A stretch of 64,000 bases of DNA from Tubiluchus corallicola (taxonomy: Eukaryota; Animalia; Priapulida): NCBI GenBank assembly GCA_030141605.1, contig JAQGDQ010000073.1, forward strand, positions 496,001 to 560,000, in the 5' to 3' direction. Positions 1 to 14,444 of the stretch are shown here, one piece after another. Numbering within the stretch: position 1 is the stretch's first letter; the number at the start of each line of letters is the position of its first letter. The notes beneath the pieces are model-generated. The model saw nothing but the letters and a program-made list of their open reading frames with translations. It ran no database searches and was not told where the DNA came from. The translations under genes and the position numbers were made by a program.

Positions 1-450
1 GATAGTTAAAATTTCAGTGTAAACTAAACTGTAACAATCGTTTGTAAATTAGGTTAGTTTTGTCTATAGGAAAGTATGCTGGTTGAATGTTTTTGTTTAC
101 TCCTGTTAGTTTTAGTGACTTATGATTATATACAATAACTATTTGCTTAGTTTTGAAATTGCGGATAGAAGTGAATTGGGTTTAAAAATTATTTATAAAT
201 ACGTCCCTTGATTTATTAATTATTTACGTATGAATCAAAACTATTGTCATTTTTTGTGCTTTCTTTCACGAAAATTGCAGAAGGGTAATGCAATGTGTTT
301 TAAGTAAAATGTGTTTTTATTTCATTTCATTTGACTAGGTAATTAACATTATGGTATGCATAATATGTAGTGTGTATCAGACTGCTGTGATAAGTGGGGC
401 ACAGTTGTTAATAGAACATTTTAACTCAAATATCGTTTTTCTTTGTATGA
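1..450 (-). mobile_element. Highly decayed LINE reverse-transcriptase fragment (tentative)
   Basis: Minus-strand reading gives broken remnants resembling RT motifs: SLLSAISKL (cf. RPISLLSxxSK) near 150-185 and CAPLIT near 385-405. Many stops and frameshifts. Confidence 0.25.
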
Positions 451-1771
451 GACATCACATTCCAAGGTTACTATACAGCATTTTTATACGTACTGTAACT
501 TATTACATTTGTCACTTTGCATTCCGCAGTCCATCACTTAGGGTTTAGTGTTGTCGAGATTCAGTCACTAAGTTCGCCATAAATCCTTGATAAACGAAAT
601 ACACAGCATTGATAAAATTCCTAAGTTATTATTATAAATAATAATTAGGTTCTCTCAACTTTTTTGCATGATTTGTAAATAGATACTAATTAGAACACTT
701 ATTTCACAAAATAATGTCAGCGGTTGATATAAAATTTAGAGAGTTTCGGTTTTGCAGTTGCTAGAGGGCAAACAACCCTGAAGCTCTGTTTTACAATTTT
801 GTGTGGCAACTTGAGCAGTTCCTCAACATTCAATTTTCAAAGATTCAGAGACTATTCTAGTCAAAAAATTACGGCTTAAGTTTTACCGGCAATTAACCAC
901 AGGAAAATGAAGAAACGGTGTATCACTTGAGGACTATTATTAAAGCAGCAGACAAACTGGGAAGTTGTCAGCATGTAAACGCACCTCATTTTGCAGTATT
1001 ATTATTACGCTTTTTATTTCATGCAAAAATGTTACATATATAAAATTTGCATAATGACAGATAAAAACTAAGATAAAATTGACACAATAAAAATAACTAC
1101 AAATTCTCTAAAATGGCCCTGAAAAACTTATATGAATTGAAAAATTGGCAAAAAAGTTCATTTCATAATTTGAGCATTAAAGGCTAATATTTGGGTGGGA
1201 TTTATATGGAATAATTGTGTTAAATGCGCCATTTAAGAACGCATTGCTTCAAAATATCGCGGATGCCTTATTATTAATTATCAGAATAAATATCTGAGTT
1301 CTTGAATTTATTTTTAATGTTTGAAGTTTGTCTATTTTGTAGATACACTAAAATGTTTGCATAGAGTGCAAATAATTATAATAATCATGTTTAGTCGTTT
1401 TGCATGTGTTTATCCATTTTACTGAAGAAGAGTAAAATTTATACAAGATATATTAGTTATTTAGGCGCGTAATTAAATGATTTGTGTTGCAAGGCATTAA
1501 AAACACAAACCAAAATGCTTTTTAAAGAGTTGTTTAAGTATCAACTAAAGACATTCAGTCAAACACACTACTCGAAACAACTTGATAAGAATTTTAATTA
1601 AAATATTAATTATATTTATAATTATTAAAATATTTAAACACAATTCAAGATGTAATCATGTTTATTTATTCACTTTTCTGTTTTTGTTCTATTTACCCGC
1701 TCTTGTGTTGAGCAATAACCAAATTTATCAGTTATTTGAACACTTTCAGTACAAACAGTTGATAGTTTTGC

Positions 1772-4747
1772 CACAAACATAACATAACAGAATACATGAC
1801 ATAACACAAGAAATGAAAGGCATCAGAACGGCAAGATTGAATCTGTTTGGTGCAGCATTGAGAACTATGTAATAGGAACCATATATAGACCACCCAATCT
1901 CAAACACAAAACATTTTTCAAATACTTTAGTGAAGAACTAGAACGCAGTGTTTTCGAAAATAAAAAAGTTCTTATAATGGGCGATTTCAACCTTGATATT
2001 TTAGCTACAAACACACTGGCATACAAAACATACACAGAGCTCTTAAAACAATATAATGTCCACATACTTGACAACAATAAACCTACTCGAATTTCTAAAA
2101 CATCAGCCACAGTAATCGACCATATCATTTCAAATAGTAACAGTAATTTCGTAGCATATGATACTTTCCCGTGTGATTATTCAGATCATCATTTCACAAT
2201 ATTAGTAGATAAAATGACCCCACAGCATAACAATAACCAAAATTCAGTCTGGCATTTAATGAGAGACTACGCCCAATACAACAAACATTCATACTTAATC
2301 GACTTAGCAAAAATGAACTGGACCTCCATATATATGACTGATAAAATAGATACACAAGTTAATATTCTGACATATAATGTCGAATATTGCCTTAATGTAC
2401 ATGCACCATATAAAAACGTAAAGCAAATCCCACAACAAAGCAAACTCAATAACGAAAGTACCTGGACAACACCTGAACTTGACAAACTAAGAATAGCGAA
2501 AAACAGAATGTATAATATATGCAAAAAGAACAAAACTAAAAACAATCATAACAATTATAAAAAAAGAGAAATCAATTTAATAATCTTAATAAATGCTTGA
2601 AAAATAAGCATATACAACAACAATGTAAAACGCAACAAATACCAAAGAAAAATGGAAAATTATTAACAATGTAATAAATAAATGCCGTAACAAACTAACG
2701 CGTGTTGACGAAATTACGATCAACAACACTGTCATTACAAAACCCAAAGATATTGCCAACGCGCTCAATGCAATATTCCTGAATCTTGGAAATTTTAAGG
2801 GAGTGGCTTCTCATATTAGCAATAATATAATTAATAAATTAAAAAACAAATCGTCTAACACAGTATTCTCATTCAAAAGCGTCACAGTAGGAGAAATTAA
2901 CGACATATTAAATAACCTAAGTTCCAACAAAGGGAGTGGACCATCAGATATTCCTATCAATATTCTAAAAGATAGTGCATCTGTAATAGCCCCGCATATG
3001 ACTTACATTGCTAATCAGATAATTATGAGAGGCGAATTTCCAACGGTATGTAAAATGGCAAACGTGACTCCAATCCATAAAAAAGATCCAAAATGTGATC
3101 CCATGAATTATCGCCCAATTTCCGTAATCCATTGTTTCGGCAAAGTTTGGGAAAGGGTAATTTATGATCAGATAAATTCATATGTAAATAAACATGATCT
3201 TTTATCAAAACATCAGTTTGGCTTCCGCAAACACCATTCAACCATTGACGCCCTAATACACACAACAGAAAATTGAAGACATAGTTTAGACAACGAGCAA
3301 TACATTTTAGCAGCATTTTTGGATTTAAGTAAAGCTTTCGATAGCATTAATCACGAACTACTTTACGATAATTTAAAACAAATCGGATTAGATTCGATAT
3401 CGTTAAAACTGATACAAAATTATCTCAAAGATAGACAACAACGAGTAAAGTTAGATACAACCATCATTTCTGACTGGGCCACGTTAAACAGAGGTATACC
3501 GCAAGGAACACTACTAGGTCCGTTATTATTTTGCCTATATATAAACAACATATCCAATGTATTAAAACACTCACAAATAACGCAATACGCTGATGACACT
3601 ACAATCTACATAGCCCATGAAAATGTCCAAACTGCAAAAAATTATTTAGAAGAAGATATAACAAATATAAATATGGCATTTAGTCATTACAAGCTAAAAA
3701 TGAATAATGACAAAACAGAATTCATGATACTGTCACCCTCATTAAATACTAATGATGGATCATCAACCACTTTGACAATAGATAATGCTGTAATCAAACA
3801 AACTAACAATGTAGTTTGTTACAATTCCCAATTCCTGGGCATACAAGTAGACAATAATCTTTCATGGGATGAACACTTTAATAACATATACACAAAAATG
3901 GCATCAAGCACATCATATCTCCGACAAGTTAAAGGGCAACTAACAAAGGAAACGAAAACACTAATATATAAAACTTTAGTTCTACCACACTTCTTATATG
4001 GATGTATGCTACTTCAAAAAACCAAAAGAGAAAATTACTTAAAATTAAATCTCCTTCAAAACTATGCATTGAGATTGATAGCTGGGTACTCATACAAACA
4101 TAAGGCAGGTAGACAAAAATTCAAAGCTTCAACAACTAACCTGAGAAAAACTTTAAAATTCCCAATCATTGAAGCGCACAAAGAATATTTTACTCTGCTT
4201 TTTATATTTAAATACATTAACAACATCAGCAAACCATTCCAGAATAACAGATTTACCTTTTTTCCAAATCCTATCGTTAATTCCAGAACAAGCAATCTAA
4301 AACAAATTAGGATAAATACCCACTATGGAACGAACTCTGTAATCAAACAAGCAATTTTACTTTGGAATTCTTTACCATTACAGGTTAAACAAATCAAGTC
4401 CCTATCAGCATTTAAAACAAAATTAAAATCACTAATATTAACCAGATATGAAATACCATCACACCAGTACGACAACATACACACTAATTCAGAATTCATA
4501 TACCCACGGCCATATTAATTAAATCATAGTTTTTTTTTGTTTTTTTTGTGTATGGTTGTAAATATGTTTGATTTTATTCGTCATTAATGCACAGTAGTTT
4601 AGATTGCACTGACGCATTTTCCTTCAGCAGTGTAAGTTTTTATTAACTAACACTGATTGATTATCTCTGTAAAGTTTTTATCAGTGATTATCAATGTTTT
4701 TAATGGCAAATAAAGATTATTATATATGTATATATATATATATATGT
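1772..4747 (+). mobile_element. 5'-truncated non-LTR retrotransposon, CR1/L2 group (L2/Crack/Daphne-like)
   Basis: APE endonuclease motifs GTIYRPPN, GDFN, PTR..IDHI and SDH. RT motifs NYRPISV, QFGFRK, DLSKAFD, GIPQGTLLGP, QYADD and FLGI. C-terminal LWNSLP..FKTKLK. The 3' UTR ends in AATAAA plus a (GATTAT)(TA)n tail at about 4708-4747. The 5' boundary is approximate and no TSD was seen. Confidence 0.93.
1830..4518 (+). pseudogene. Disrupted ORF2 (endonuclease-reverse transcriptase) of the LINE
   Basis: Joins track ORFs 1977-2600, 2803-3276 and 3319-4518. Two frameshifts in the A-rich stretch at about 2560-2630, and an in-frame TGA at 3274-3276 (TEN*RHSLD, likely TGG>TGA). Confidence 0.88.
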
Positions 4748-5439
4748 AACATAATAATAGAATTTTGCCAAATTGCTTTTGAAACGCGTATACGAGCGAC
4801 GGCGCTATAATAAGAGAACACATCTTGCGTCGTGTTGCATGGCCTTACATAAGACAGTACCACAATTACGAATTCCCAATTTTTAGTGCCTACATGTGGG
4901 GTCCCTGAGCTTGACCCAAAAGCCTCTGTCATAAGTAGTAAAATAATAATCATAAACAGAGAGGAAATGGTAAAATATACGCAATAAAGCAGTTACCTGA
5001 TTGTTATACCCTGACTTGTAAAATGCTTGTCTTTTATATAGATTTCCTGCAAAATTATTATTTAGCTGATTACAGATAATTGTACTGATTATTTTCTTGT
5101 CACCCGGTACGTGATTGATCATAAAAGGCGCGTGGTCACTCTGTAGGGAAAGTAGGGAAACTGTTTTTTATGTAAGTTGTTCTCAAAATTAATGGCGAAA
5201 TGAGTAAAATAGTTGAACTTTGCGCGAGGTCCTTGTGTGGCATTACACGCTTAACAATTTGTGATACTACCTGTCCTACAAGCGCAGTTTTAAGCATAAA
5301 AATAAGAAAAAAAAGGCACATAAAAATAGCACAGAATAGAAGTTTGTTTTTTACTTGGATACGTAAAAACGTAACGTTGTTTCACGGTCCAAGTGTGATT
5401 AGTAATTATTAAAAGTAAAAAATATTATTATAATTTATA

Positions 5440-5712
5440 AATAAAAAATAAAAGTTAAGAAAAGCATTATAAAATAAACACAAGACATTGCAATACATCA
5501 ATAGTAAAATTAATCCCAATAATTACTAAAAATAAAAATACTATTATTAAATATTAATAGAAAATAGTAATAGAAAAGCAATATAAAATAAACACAATAC
5601 ATAGCTAAGCATCCATGGTAAAATTAAGCATATTAATTATTAAAAATAATAAACACTATTTTTAAAAAAGTTAAGAAAGCATTATGAAATAAAAAGGATT
5701 TAACAAGCATCG
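5440..5712. repeat. Degenerate AT-rich tandem repeat, about 110-bp unit, about 2.5 copies
   Basis: Recurring AGAAAAGCA(T/A)TAT(A/G)AAATAAA...GTAAAATTAA...ACTATT blocks at about 5459, 5572 and 5674. Confidence 0.55.
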
Positions 5713-6247
5713 AGCGCGGGCAAATGAGAATACCATAAGTTAATTGTAACTAATTTATGCTATGTACGAAAAATGTGGGCCTACTTATTCGGAATCTGAC
5801 ATCTTTTGTAAGCAACCTGACTATTTTTTGTTTAACCCAGCTACCAAAATACAAGTTAATGATCGTTTGTGGTCGACGTTAGAAAATCAGTATCGCAACA
5901 GAACAGTAATCTACCGTCACCGTTTAATCGTCGCAATATTGTCATTATCATCATTATCATCATCGCCAGTTAACCACCACAGTAACGGCGTGCCAGCATC
6001 GCTTTGACGCATTTACTCATTAATTACACTAATTGAAGATGATTGCGTTACGCTGCGCGATGCTTTTTGCGGCAGGATCAAAGTGTTGTCTATGTAAGTG
6101 AGCCACCAACGAAAAAATGGTTCTTTCTTAAAAACGGCTATCAGCTAAACTTTTTTAACTATTAGAAACGGGAAAAATAACATAAAAAGTCTTGAGCAAG
6201 GAGTTTACTGCACTTAAACATTTAAACAATATGTTAGTAGCTTTCCG

Positions 6248-6412
6248 GACAGAACGGAATGGAATAAACTGTAACAACACTGAAGTACTGATACAGAGGT
6301 ATGAACTAGAATAAAATAGAACGGAACCGAGCAGAGCAGAACAGCATAGAATGGAATTGAATGGAACAGTACAGAACAGAAAAGAGCAGAATAGAACAGT
6401 ATAGAATGGCAT
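6248..6412. repeat. Degenerate pentanucleotide repeat (AGAAC/GGAAT)n
   Basis: 5-bp periodicity: agaac ggaat ggaat ... agaat agaac agtat agaat. Confidence 0.6.
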
Positions 6413-7207
6413 ACATAACAGTTGTAACAAGAGGGGGATGTGGACTGATGTACACTTAATGTTATGAAGATTTCGAATGTGTAAGAAAGAATAAGACCGT
6501 AATTAATGGAATTATCCCGATTTACTCTTACTTGACAAACAAATGATGTAGTACTTTGGGCAAGATAATTAGGGACGCTATGACGTCACTTTCTCGATCT
6601 TTTGAGCGTATATCGTCTCTCCATCACTGTCCCAAGCTTTGAAATAACAATTGTATGCCAGCTTCATGAAAAAGAACACTGGCTTGCATTGGCGCAGTTA
6701 TTGTTAGGGTTATTGGCATGTGGCGTTTTGAAAACTTGTTGCAATTTTGCGTCAGTAATAAATCTAAACTCGATAAACTGTCAAGTGCCACCACTCTTGA
6801 AAACTGATTGCAACGGATGTACTCAATTGTGTCCCCTGAGAAATTACATCCTACCATTTTACTTTCAAAGCAACCGTATTTATAGCTAATGAATGATACG
6901 AATAGATTTACATTTTATGAGATTAAATTCATAACAAATTGAACGAGGTTAGATAATGAAGCTGGAATTGTAGTAGTAAGTATAGGAAATTGAAGGAACC
7001 AATTTAAACAGGTGCGCCAAGTTGAACGACAAAATTGCTGGCTATTGTTAAGTGCAGACAATTCTTTGGCAGAGGTTTGAACGATTACTCGTTCTTTTGT
7101 CATCTTTAGGAGATAGGGTTATATACAGAAAGTGATAATTTGTAAGAAATCCTATCTAATCAATCTGGCCTACAGTACAGACTGTGGGTGAAGAAACGAA
7201 TGGAGAT

Positions 7208-7470
<263 letters not shown>

Positions 7471-9180
7471 TAATGGCACAGCTCTCAGTTACACGTAATT
7501 TCTGCAGTTTTATTGCATAATCAGATGCGCTACAATCATAATTTTACTTGCATCAGTAGCTCCTCTAAGTAGCCGACGTAGAGAAAATAGTTTACATTAA
7601 CTGCTGCCCGCTATTAACTTACAGGCTTAACAGTTCAAACTTGCATTTAGAGAAAGCTTTGTGAAAGGAATTACTTTGCCGCGCTTTGCGTGTTTTGTGC
7701 TAAAAAATTATGTTATTCTATTGTTTACGTTACAAGCTTGAACTATAGGAAAAGAAAATTTTCTTCCTCACAAAATCAAACTAATTAATTTGGTATTAAT
7801 TTGGTATTAATTTGGCAGCAACCAGATAATTTTTATGATGGATAAAGTAAGATACCGAAATACTCCGTCTTAAGCAGTCGCAGAAGGGAAGTGAATACTG
7901 AACAATGAATATTATATCTTATTTAATATAATATATATAATTTTTGTTAAACAGTTGATGAAGCTGGATAGAATGTTATGAAAATGTAATGGTGTTACTA
8001 TTAACTGAGTTAACTGTTATTAATTAAGTTAAACTGCACACCTGCAAATAGATATGTACCTCTGTGAATATGTATTTATTTTCTATAAAAGGTTTTCATC
8101 ATCATCCGTCACCATTAATTTGACAGACATGACCATTTATAGGCTTTAAAACGTGGAATCTGAAAAAAATCATCTAAGATGGAACCAGCCATGCGAAAGG
8201 AAGCTTGTTCATTTTTCCTAACAATATTAAAACTAACGAATAAAATTAATTTGATGTTAATAATTAGAAAACCTTCGTTCAATAATAGCCCCATTTTCAC
8301 GAACAGGCGAACCATATTACTTTTACTGTATTGTACAAGTTTGCATTGGCGATTTTAAGTTGCCATATTTTCTCACATTTCGTGTTAACAGCTTTAGCGC
8401 AGGTAATTCAGCGGTTTAAAGCCAGCAATTCGAGAAACTCAACTTCCCTTTGCAGCCATGTTAAAAGCAAACGATAAAACAAAACATGCGCCTATAGGAA
8501 GTTCGCATGATCACACATCAAAGAATTTTATACAACCTGCTTCTCGCTTGAATACTTTTGTTTGTAATGCGCGCTCTTTTCTTGATTGCGCCGTTTTATT
8601 TATCCATTACTTTTCTTTGCGAAATTATTTAAATTAGCAAAAATATGGCGTTCAGTTGTAGTAGGCAGAGGGGTATTTCAACTGACCTGGGTTTGTTGAT
8701 TTGCTGTATCAGCAATTTAGTTAGATAAGTTTGTTATAAAGAAAACAGGAGTGAGTATTGGGACAGAAAACAGTCTAGTAACAACAGCCATTGTGACAGA
8801 AGTTTCTTAATAATTAATTGGCAACATCATTGACACTAGGAGGTGCTATTACTTCAAGAGCCAGTGTTTTCAATCATTCATGCCTAGTAGGCCTCCTGAA
8901 CTTTGAAAAGATTATTATGATTCACTTTTTTCTTATGAAGGAAAAATTGGAAACCGAAAGAGTGGCGAGGTGGCAGATCGAAATCCCAGTTTTTTGCTGT
9001 TAATTAGCTAGGTCAATCAAACAATGTCAATAATACTCTCGTTATTCGAGTGAAGTTTTAAATATCACGCAATTAACACTAATTATCATTTAGAAAGAAT
9101 TCGTACGACAAGTATACAGGTCTTCGGAAACACTTTAAACCAAGTCAAATTATTTACACAGAATTATTTTCTATAATAGA

Positions 9181-9360
9181 TTTTCCTAGTACCAAAAATT
9201 CCTTGTATTTAAAGTTCATATAATAGTACCAGATTTGCCTGTACCAAAATTCTATGTACTAAAAATTCTTTGTACCAAATTTTACCAATACCATACTTTC
9301 CTGGTACCAAATTTACTTGTATTAACCTCCCCGTACCAAACTTATTTGTTCCAAACTTTG
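9181..9360. repeat. Degenerate 15-16 bp minisatellite with GTACCAAA core (probably internal to an old MITE)
   Basis: About 10 variants of GTACCAAA spaced roughly 15-16 nt apart. Confidence 0.6.
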
Positions 9361-10839
9361 CTCAGGCTGGCGGTCAACTACCCACGTCTGGTGTTGTTTA
9401 ATGTCAGTAGCCAAGTACGCACCGTGACTACTTAGCTGTTTCTCTGGCAACTTGATAAGGCAATCTAATAACAAACATTCATTTTTGTAAATTTTGGCCA
9501 ACACTCCAATACTACAAAAAGACGCACTTCCTATACGGTGTAATAATAAACTTCCTTATGAGTATTTGATGCTTTTCATTCTTTTGTCTGCAAAAATTTA
9601 ATGCAAATGCCAGATAAGAAATTTTTGTATCAAAATATTAACAATGAAGTCCATTTCAATGAAATTATTATCGAATTTACATTGCTGTACTATATCAGTG
9701 CATTGAACCCTAAATCCAAATGGCGTATACGCCACACAACTGTGTCGCATTTATAAAATAATAATATATAATTGGTTACAGTGGCTTTGACAATTTTGGT
9801 TGGTTTAGTATTGCTAATAGTTAAAACAATTATATTAGGCCTACGCAGTATTATTGTAAGGCATAGTACGTTTCATTTATTATAAATAACTCTTATTTAC
9901 AATTTTCTGCATAGTTTGTACAGAATTATAAATATTGTTGTGTCTGCCGGGGCGAACGTTTGTCGATCTGTGTTTCATCTCTATTGTATATTATCATTAG
10001 TTATTGTATAACTACATTTGCATTTCAGTTATGTTGTTATGAATTAATAAGCCGAAAAGGGCGAAGTCTGTAATATTAACATAATTTATTCGTAAAGGAG
10101 AAAAGATTACAAAACGTATCATATAGGAAGCTCTACAATCTTTATACACGAGATTCCTGCCAAAACTATTGACTCGACTTGAAATCAGTTGAAAAGTAAA
10201 TAAAGAAAAACAGTTACAACAGGTTTCACAGATGCGTAACACACGTAGTGCGAGCAAGCAATCTTGACATAATTTCTGATTGTAAAAAAATTCCAAATGT
10301 AAAGTAAATATATGTATAACAAAACAAAAATCGTATTTGGCTATCAATAAGTGAAAAGGAGATACACGCATAAAAGGCAAAGTAAAACATCTTCTTAATA
10401 AACAGCTTATGGTAAAGAAATTAAGGGAAGAATAAGAATGCTGTTTTTGAAGCAACACCATGAAAGTGTTACTAAAAGAAACAATTTGGACAATCAGCAA
10501 AAAACACGAATAAAAGAGGGTAATGTTTGGACGTCGTATTGTGACTCAAAAAGCGTTTTCAATTTTCAAAGAAATAAGCTCATTTTCAAGTTGTTCACTG
10601 CCATTTTATTTAGACAGGTTTTTTTGCAGAACTGCATAAAATTTTCGTACAAGTTCTGCATGTAATTAAAATGAATTTAGAGATTTGGTGATTTGGAAAT
10701 GGAAAATAGTCGAATTTATCCTTTAATTTTGCGATTATTAACGAAAAAAAATCATTAAATAACAAAGCATGTGTGCGGTTATTATTATTAGTTGAATAAC
10801 CACTGTAGCGTATTGGAGAAACATCATTTCCACGCCACT

Positions 10840-10975
10840 AGATGATAATATTTTGACAGGGGCATTAATGCAACTCAGACCAAGCCTTCATTAAATAATG
10901 CACTCCCCGAGTCTTAATAAGTACTTAATGAAAAGGCTGTACACATTTAGGCGGCATTAATGAGAAAGCAAATCC
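10840..10975. promoter_or_regulatory. Candidate enhancer 3' of Pax2/5/8 (homeodomain/TALE site cluster)
   Basis: TTGACAG, GCATTAATG twice, TCATTAAATAATG, CTTAATAAG and CTTAATGAAAAG within 135 bp. Function is inferred only. Confidence 0.3.
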
Positions 10976-12528
10976 AACGTTTTGTTATGATAATCCAAGA
11001 CCGGGGGAGGCGAATGCGAGGATAAATGAAATTCGAATCAGTCACTTTATACGGGGTAACTCGCGCCAAATGATGTCAAATGTTTCTTGTGAAGCAAAAT
11101 TGAACATAATAATTGCATAAAACGCAAAAATTAATACAAACGCAAGTTGGTGTTTTAATGCAACGGCTGTCATGAATATGCTTCATTCACTCAAGTTTTC
11201 CAGAATTTATACACATAAAATTATTAGAAACAATTGTTTGTCACGGATTGCACATCTCTTAAGTTGCAAAGCACTTTTGAATACAGCTAGTAACTTACAG
11301 TATAACACAGGCTTAACAAATGTGTATAAATCATGAATGCACGCGTATCCCAAAAAGGCTGTTTAATTGAAATATATTACATTTATAACTAAACAGGCTA
11401 GACTAAGCATGGTAACCTACATACAATTATTATTATTCTAGAATTATAAGCCCCAAATGAATGTCCGACGCAGCAATAAATAAATAGTATAATACACTTA
11501 CAACCCACGTTTGAAATCTCTTATGTTATGTATTCACAAACTAATAATTTGTGTAGTTTTTACACTACACGAAACAAACACGAAAAGGATATTGATAATT
11601 ACAATCTACCGTGTGATTAATATTTTAAATAACATACAGAACTTATTAATTATATCAGTATTTTATACAGGTGATGAGTAACTTAATCATGGAATCACAG
11701 ATGCCATGAGCAATGAATGAGATGTAATAATATACACATGCATAAGAATAATAGTGCAATGATTATATGATATTACACGTGTGATATGACATTACCATTT
11801 CTTGTGTTTTACCGGTTTTTAACTGAACAAGAACAGGAAAAAGATGAGACATAGACTCCCAGTTTCGTTTTCTAACCCATTTACACCGATACTGATTCCT
11901 CGGTTTTGTTTTAACTTAGTTTAAATAACTTTTAAAAAAACTTGGCTCAAACAGATTGTCTCCATATTAGTGTACAAATGTAAATTATTCAAATTGGGAA
12001 TGAAAAAATATTTTAGCATATTGTGAACAAGTAAATTGCTTCAGGACTTTTTAAATAAGTAACTTATCTGAGCGTGAAAATGAGAAATCTGTCAATGTAG
12101 AAATGAGTGATCCGTCCTAACGTGTTGATGAGTAAACCATTTCTGTGTGCGAATGAGTAAATTTTCTGGATAGTGAATACGCTATACGATAGACAATTAA
12201 AAATCAACTTTATCACTTGAATGCAGGAAACAGTTTTAAATAAATTATATTTAACAATAAATTCAGTTTTCGATTTTGTAATGCATTCTCACACAGCTAC
12301 GTATTTTGCAGGCGATATCTCACGACTAAATTTCCGTCACCATTCCAAGGCATACTGGGTGTCGCAAAAGTAAATACCCGCTAATGAATTATCTAATTTG
12401 ACGACAAGTGAAACGCCATCTGTTTTAGGCCTTTGACGGAAGTTCTCTATCAGTATAGCCAAGGAAAGTATTTTTCTCAAATGGCACGATTTTGCTATGA
12501 ACATTTCTGGCGTCTTGCTGAAGCGGCG

Positions 12529-12620
12529 CTAGCAGCGTTCACTTTTGAACGGATTGTTTACACTGTTTGCAGTGGTTGCAGGAAGCCCTGGCTGTCCAGT
12601 TGCATAGTAATAAGAGGCAT
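12529..12620 (-). CDS. Pax2/5/8: Pax2/5/8 last coding exon (N)ASYYYATGQPGLPATTANSVNNPFKSERC*
   Basis: Acceptor tttttttttacag, phase 1, TAG at 12531-12529. SYYY resembles the SPYYY terminal exon of vertebrate Pax2/5/8. Confidence 0.85.
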
Positions 12621-14342
12621 CTGTAAAAAAAAACATATCAGCATCGTTACTGTCAGCAGCTTTGTCAGCGAGGTTAACAGACCCAGAAATTTAGTAGAGT
12701 AGTTCATCTTGACTAAATTTGAAAATGCTCTCATATGTTTGATTTGAGTTCACACGCGAAAACTCTGGGACAACTAGATTTATTAGGAGCAGAGGAAGGA
12801 AAAATAAAGCATCAAATTAACAGTACGAGAGTAGCAGTGGCTAGTTTAATAAATGCTTCTTTCTTGATGAGGGCTCAATCACGATTAAGCTGAATATGCT
12901 TACTGAGAATGATTATCAAAACGGATTTCGAAAAAGTTTTGAAAATTATCCAATAATCCAAAACCATAATAGTTTGTTTAATAAACTGTTACAGTAACCA
13001 TCTTTTTCAGTGCGAAAATCTCTTCAGTCTTTAGATATTAAAAGAAAACTGAAAATGCAAGTTATACTAATTTAAAACATTTGAACCTAGCTTTTTACAA
13101 AATTATGACAAAATGATTTTCAAGGTGCGCTGAGTCGCTTTAAACTAAGCTTACATAATGAGGAAAATACGAAGATATGACTCATTTATAAACCGAATAA
13201 AAACGTTTTCTATAAAATGGAATGTTTTGTAATGTAATTTATTTTATTTGTTAAGCAATTTTAGATTACCAAAAAACCAAAGAATTCCGTTAGTGAGAGT
13301 GATAGTTGAATTATGCGAACAGTCCTTCCCTTTTCCACACCCAGAAACGCCCCGAATTCAATTACTAAACACATTTCCAGCGCTACTCAAGAATTTCTTC
13401 TCTTCTGATTGTATTAAATCCCCAATTCAATGTGATTCATTTAGATTAATATTGTGATGAAATCCCGACGAATCCTTGACCATCAAGAGACATAAAGCGT
13501 GATTTATCCCCGGGAATCGCTCTTCCCTTTTGACTACGAAGCGGAGAAAATCAATGGCCGCTTGAATTCACTGTCAGATCAACAGTTGCCGGCGTTGACA
13601 AATGACGTTGCCATTTCCGTTAATCTAGCAACCATCATCCTTTACACTTGTTGAGTGATCAATTCAATGCTAGACAATCTAATTCGCACCATCAATACAA
13701 TCATAGAGTCATTAAGAGACGATAAACTCGATACGTGAGTGACATTTCGGTGTCGGTTGCAAATACGTCCACGGACAATTTCAGCCATGATGGCGATGAC
13801 GTCAGCAAGGGGGTGTAGGAAACACTCTAACTGCTATAATGTTAGAACTCCTGCTTTCTTACAGGATGAGAAACGGGAGAAACGTTAGGCAAGAGTCAGA
13901 TTAAATTTATAACCTGAGCTAGTTTTAGCCTACGAATCTTTAGAAAGTTTATAAAATCAATAATCCGGTAATGGAAATTATGACATTCAGAATTATGGAA
14001 GTTCACGAAAAAAATTAATAACAATTCGTGTCACTTAGTGGCCTATTTCAGGAACTCTATTTCAATTTTAATTTTTTATATTCAAATTGCACATGTAGCT
14101 TATTCATGCATTAGTAGTGAAAACACATAGAAATATTAAATTAATTTCTAAGGCGCTCTGATGACTTGCCACTATATCAAATACTTAACCCGAATCTTTT
14201 TTCCATGATGGCATATTTAGTAATAATAAAATAAAGTAAGAATATAACTGAATAGAATTACTACTGACTTTACAGACATGCGAATAGATATTTAATAGTA
14301 AGCTACCCAATAAACGTGTAAGAATATCTATAAATTTCTTAC

Positions 14343-14444
14343 TTATAAGACCACCAGTGGAGTATCTCCAAGCATCAGCGTATGGGAGAGTGTTAGCTGA
14401 GTACTGAGTATACGGTACTGAGGTGGATGTGTAGTATTCCGTAC
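14343..14444 (-). CDS. Pax2/5/8: Pax2/5/8 exon (G)TEYYTSTSVPYTQYSANTLPYADAWRYSTGGLI
   Basis: Acceptor cttacctcag, donor gtaaga, phase 1-1. Resembles Pax2 GSEF...YNEAWRF..LL in the transactivation region. Confidence 0.9.
   Translation of the reverse strand, partial: VRNTTHPPQYRILSTQLTLSHTLMLGDTPLVVL

Noticed and set aside
4746-4910. LTR fragment with a tRNA-Lys PBS-like TAGTGCCTACATGTGGGG
   Set aside because: Too many mismatches, and no LTR terminus or TSD.
9181-9360. CRISPR-like array
   Set aside because: The unit is far too short and degenerate, the context is eukaryotic, and there are no cas genes.
10012-10500. 162-aa minus-strand ORF
   Set aside because: F/L/I-rich composition typical of AT-rich non-coding DNA, with no motif or splice support.
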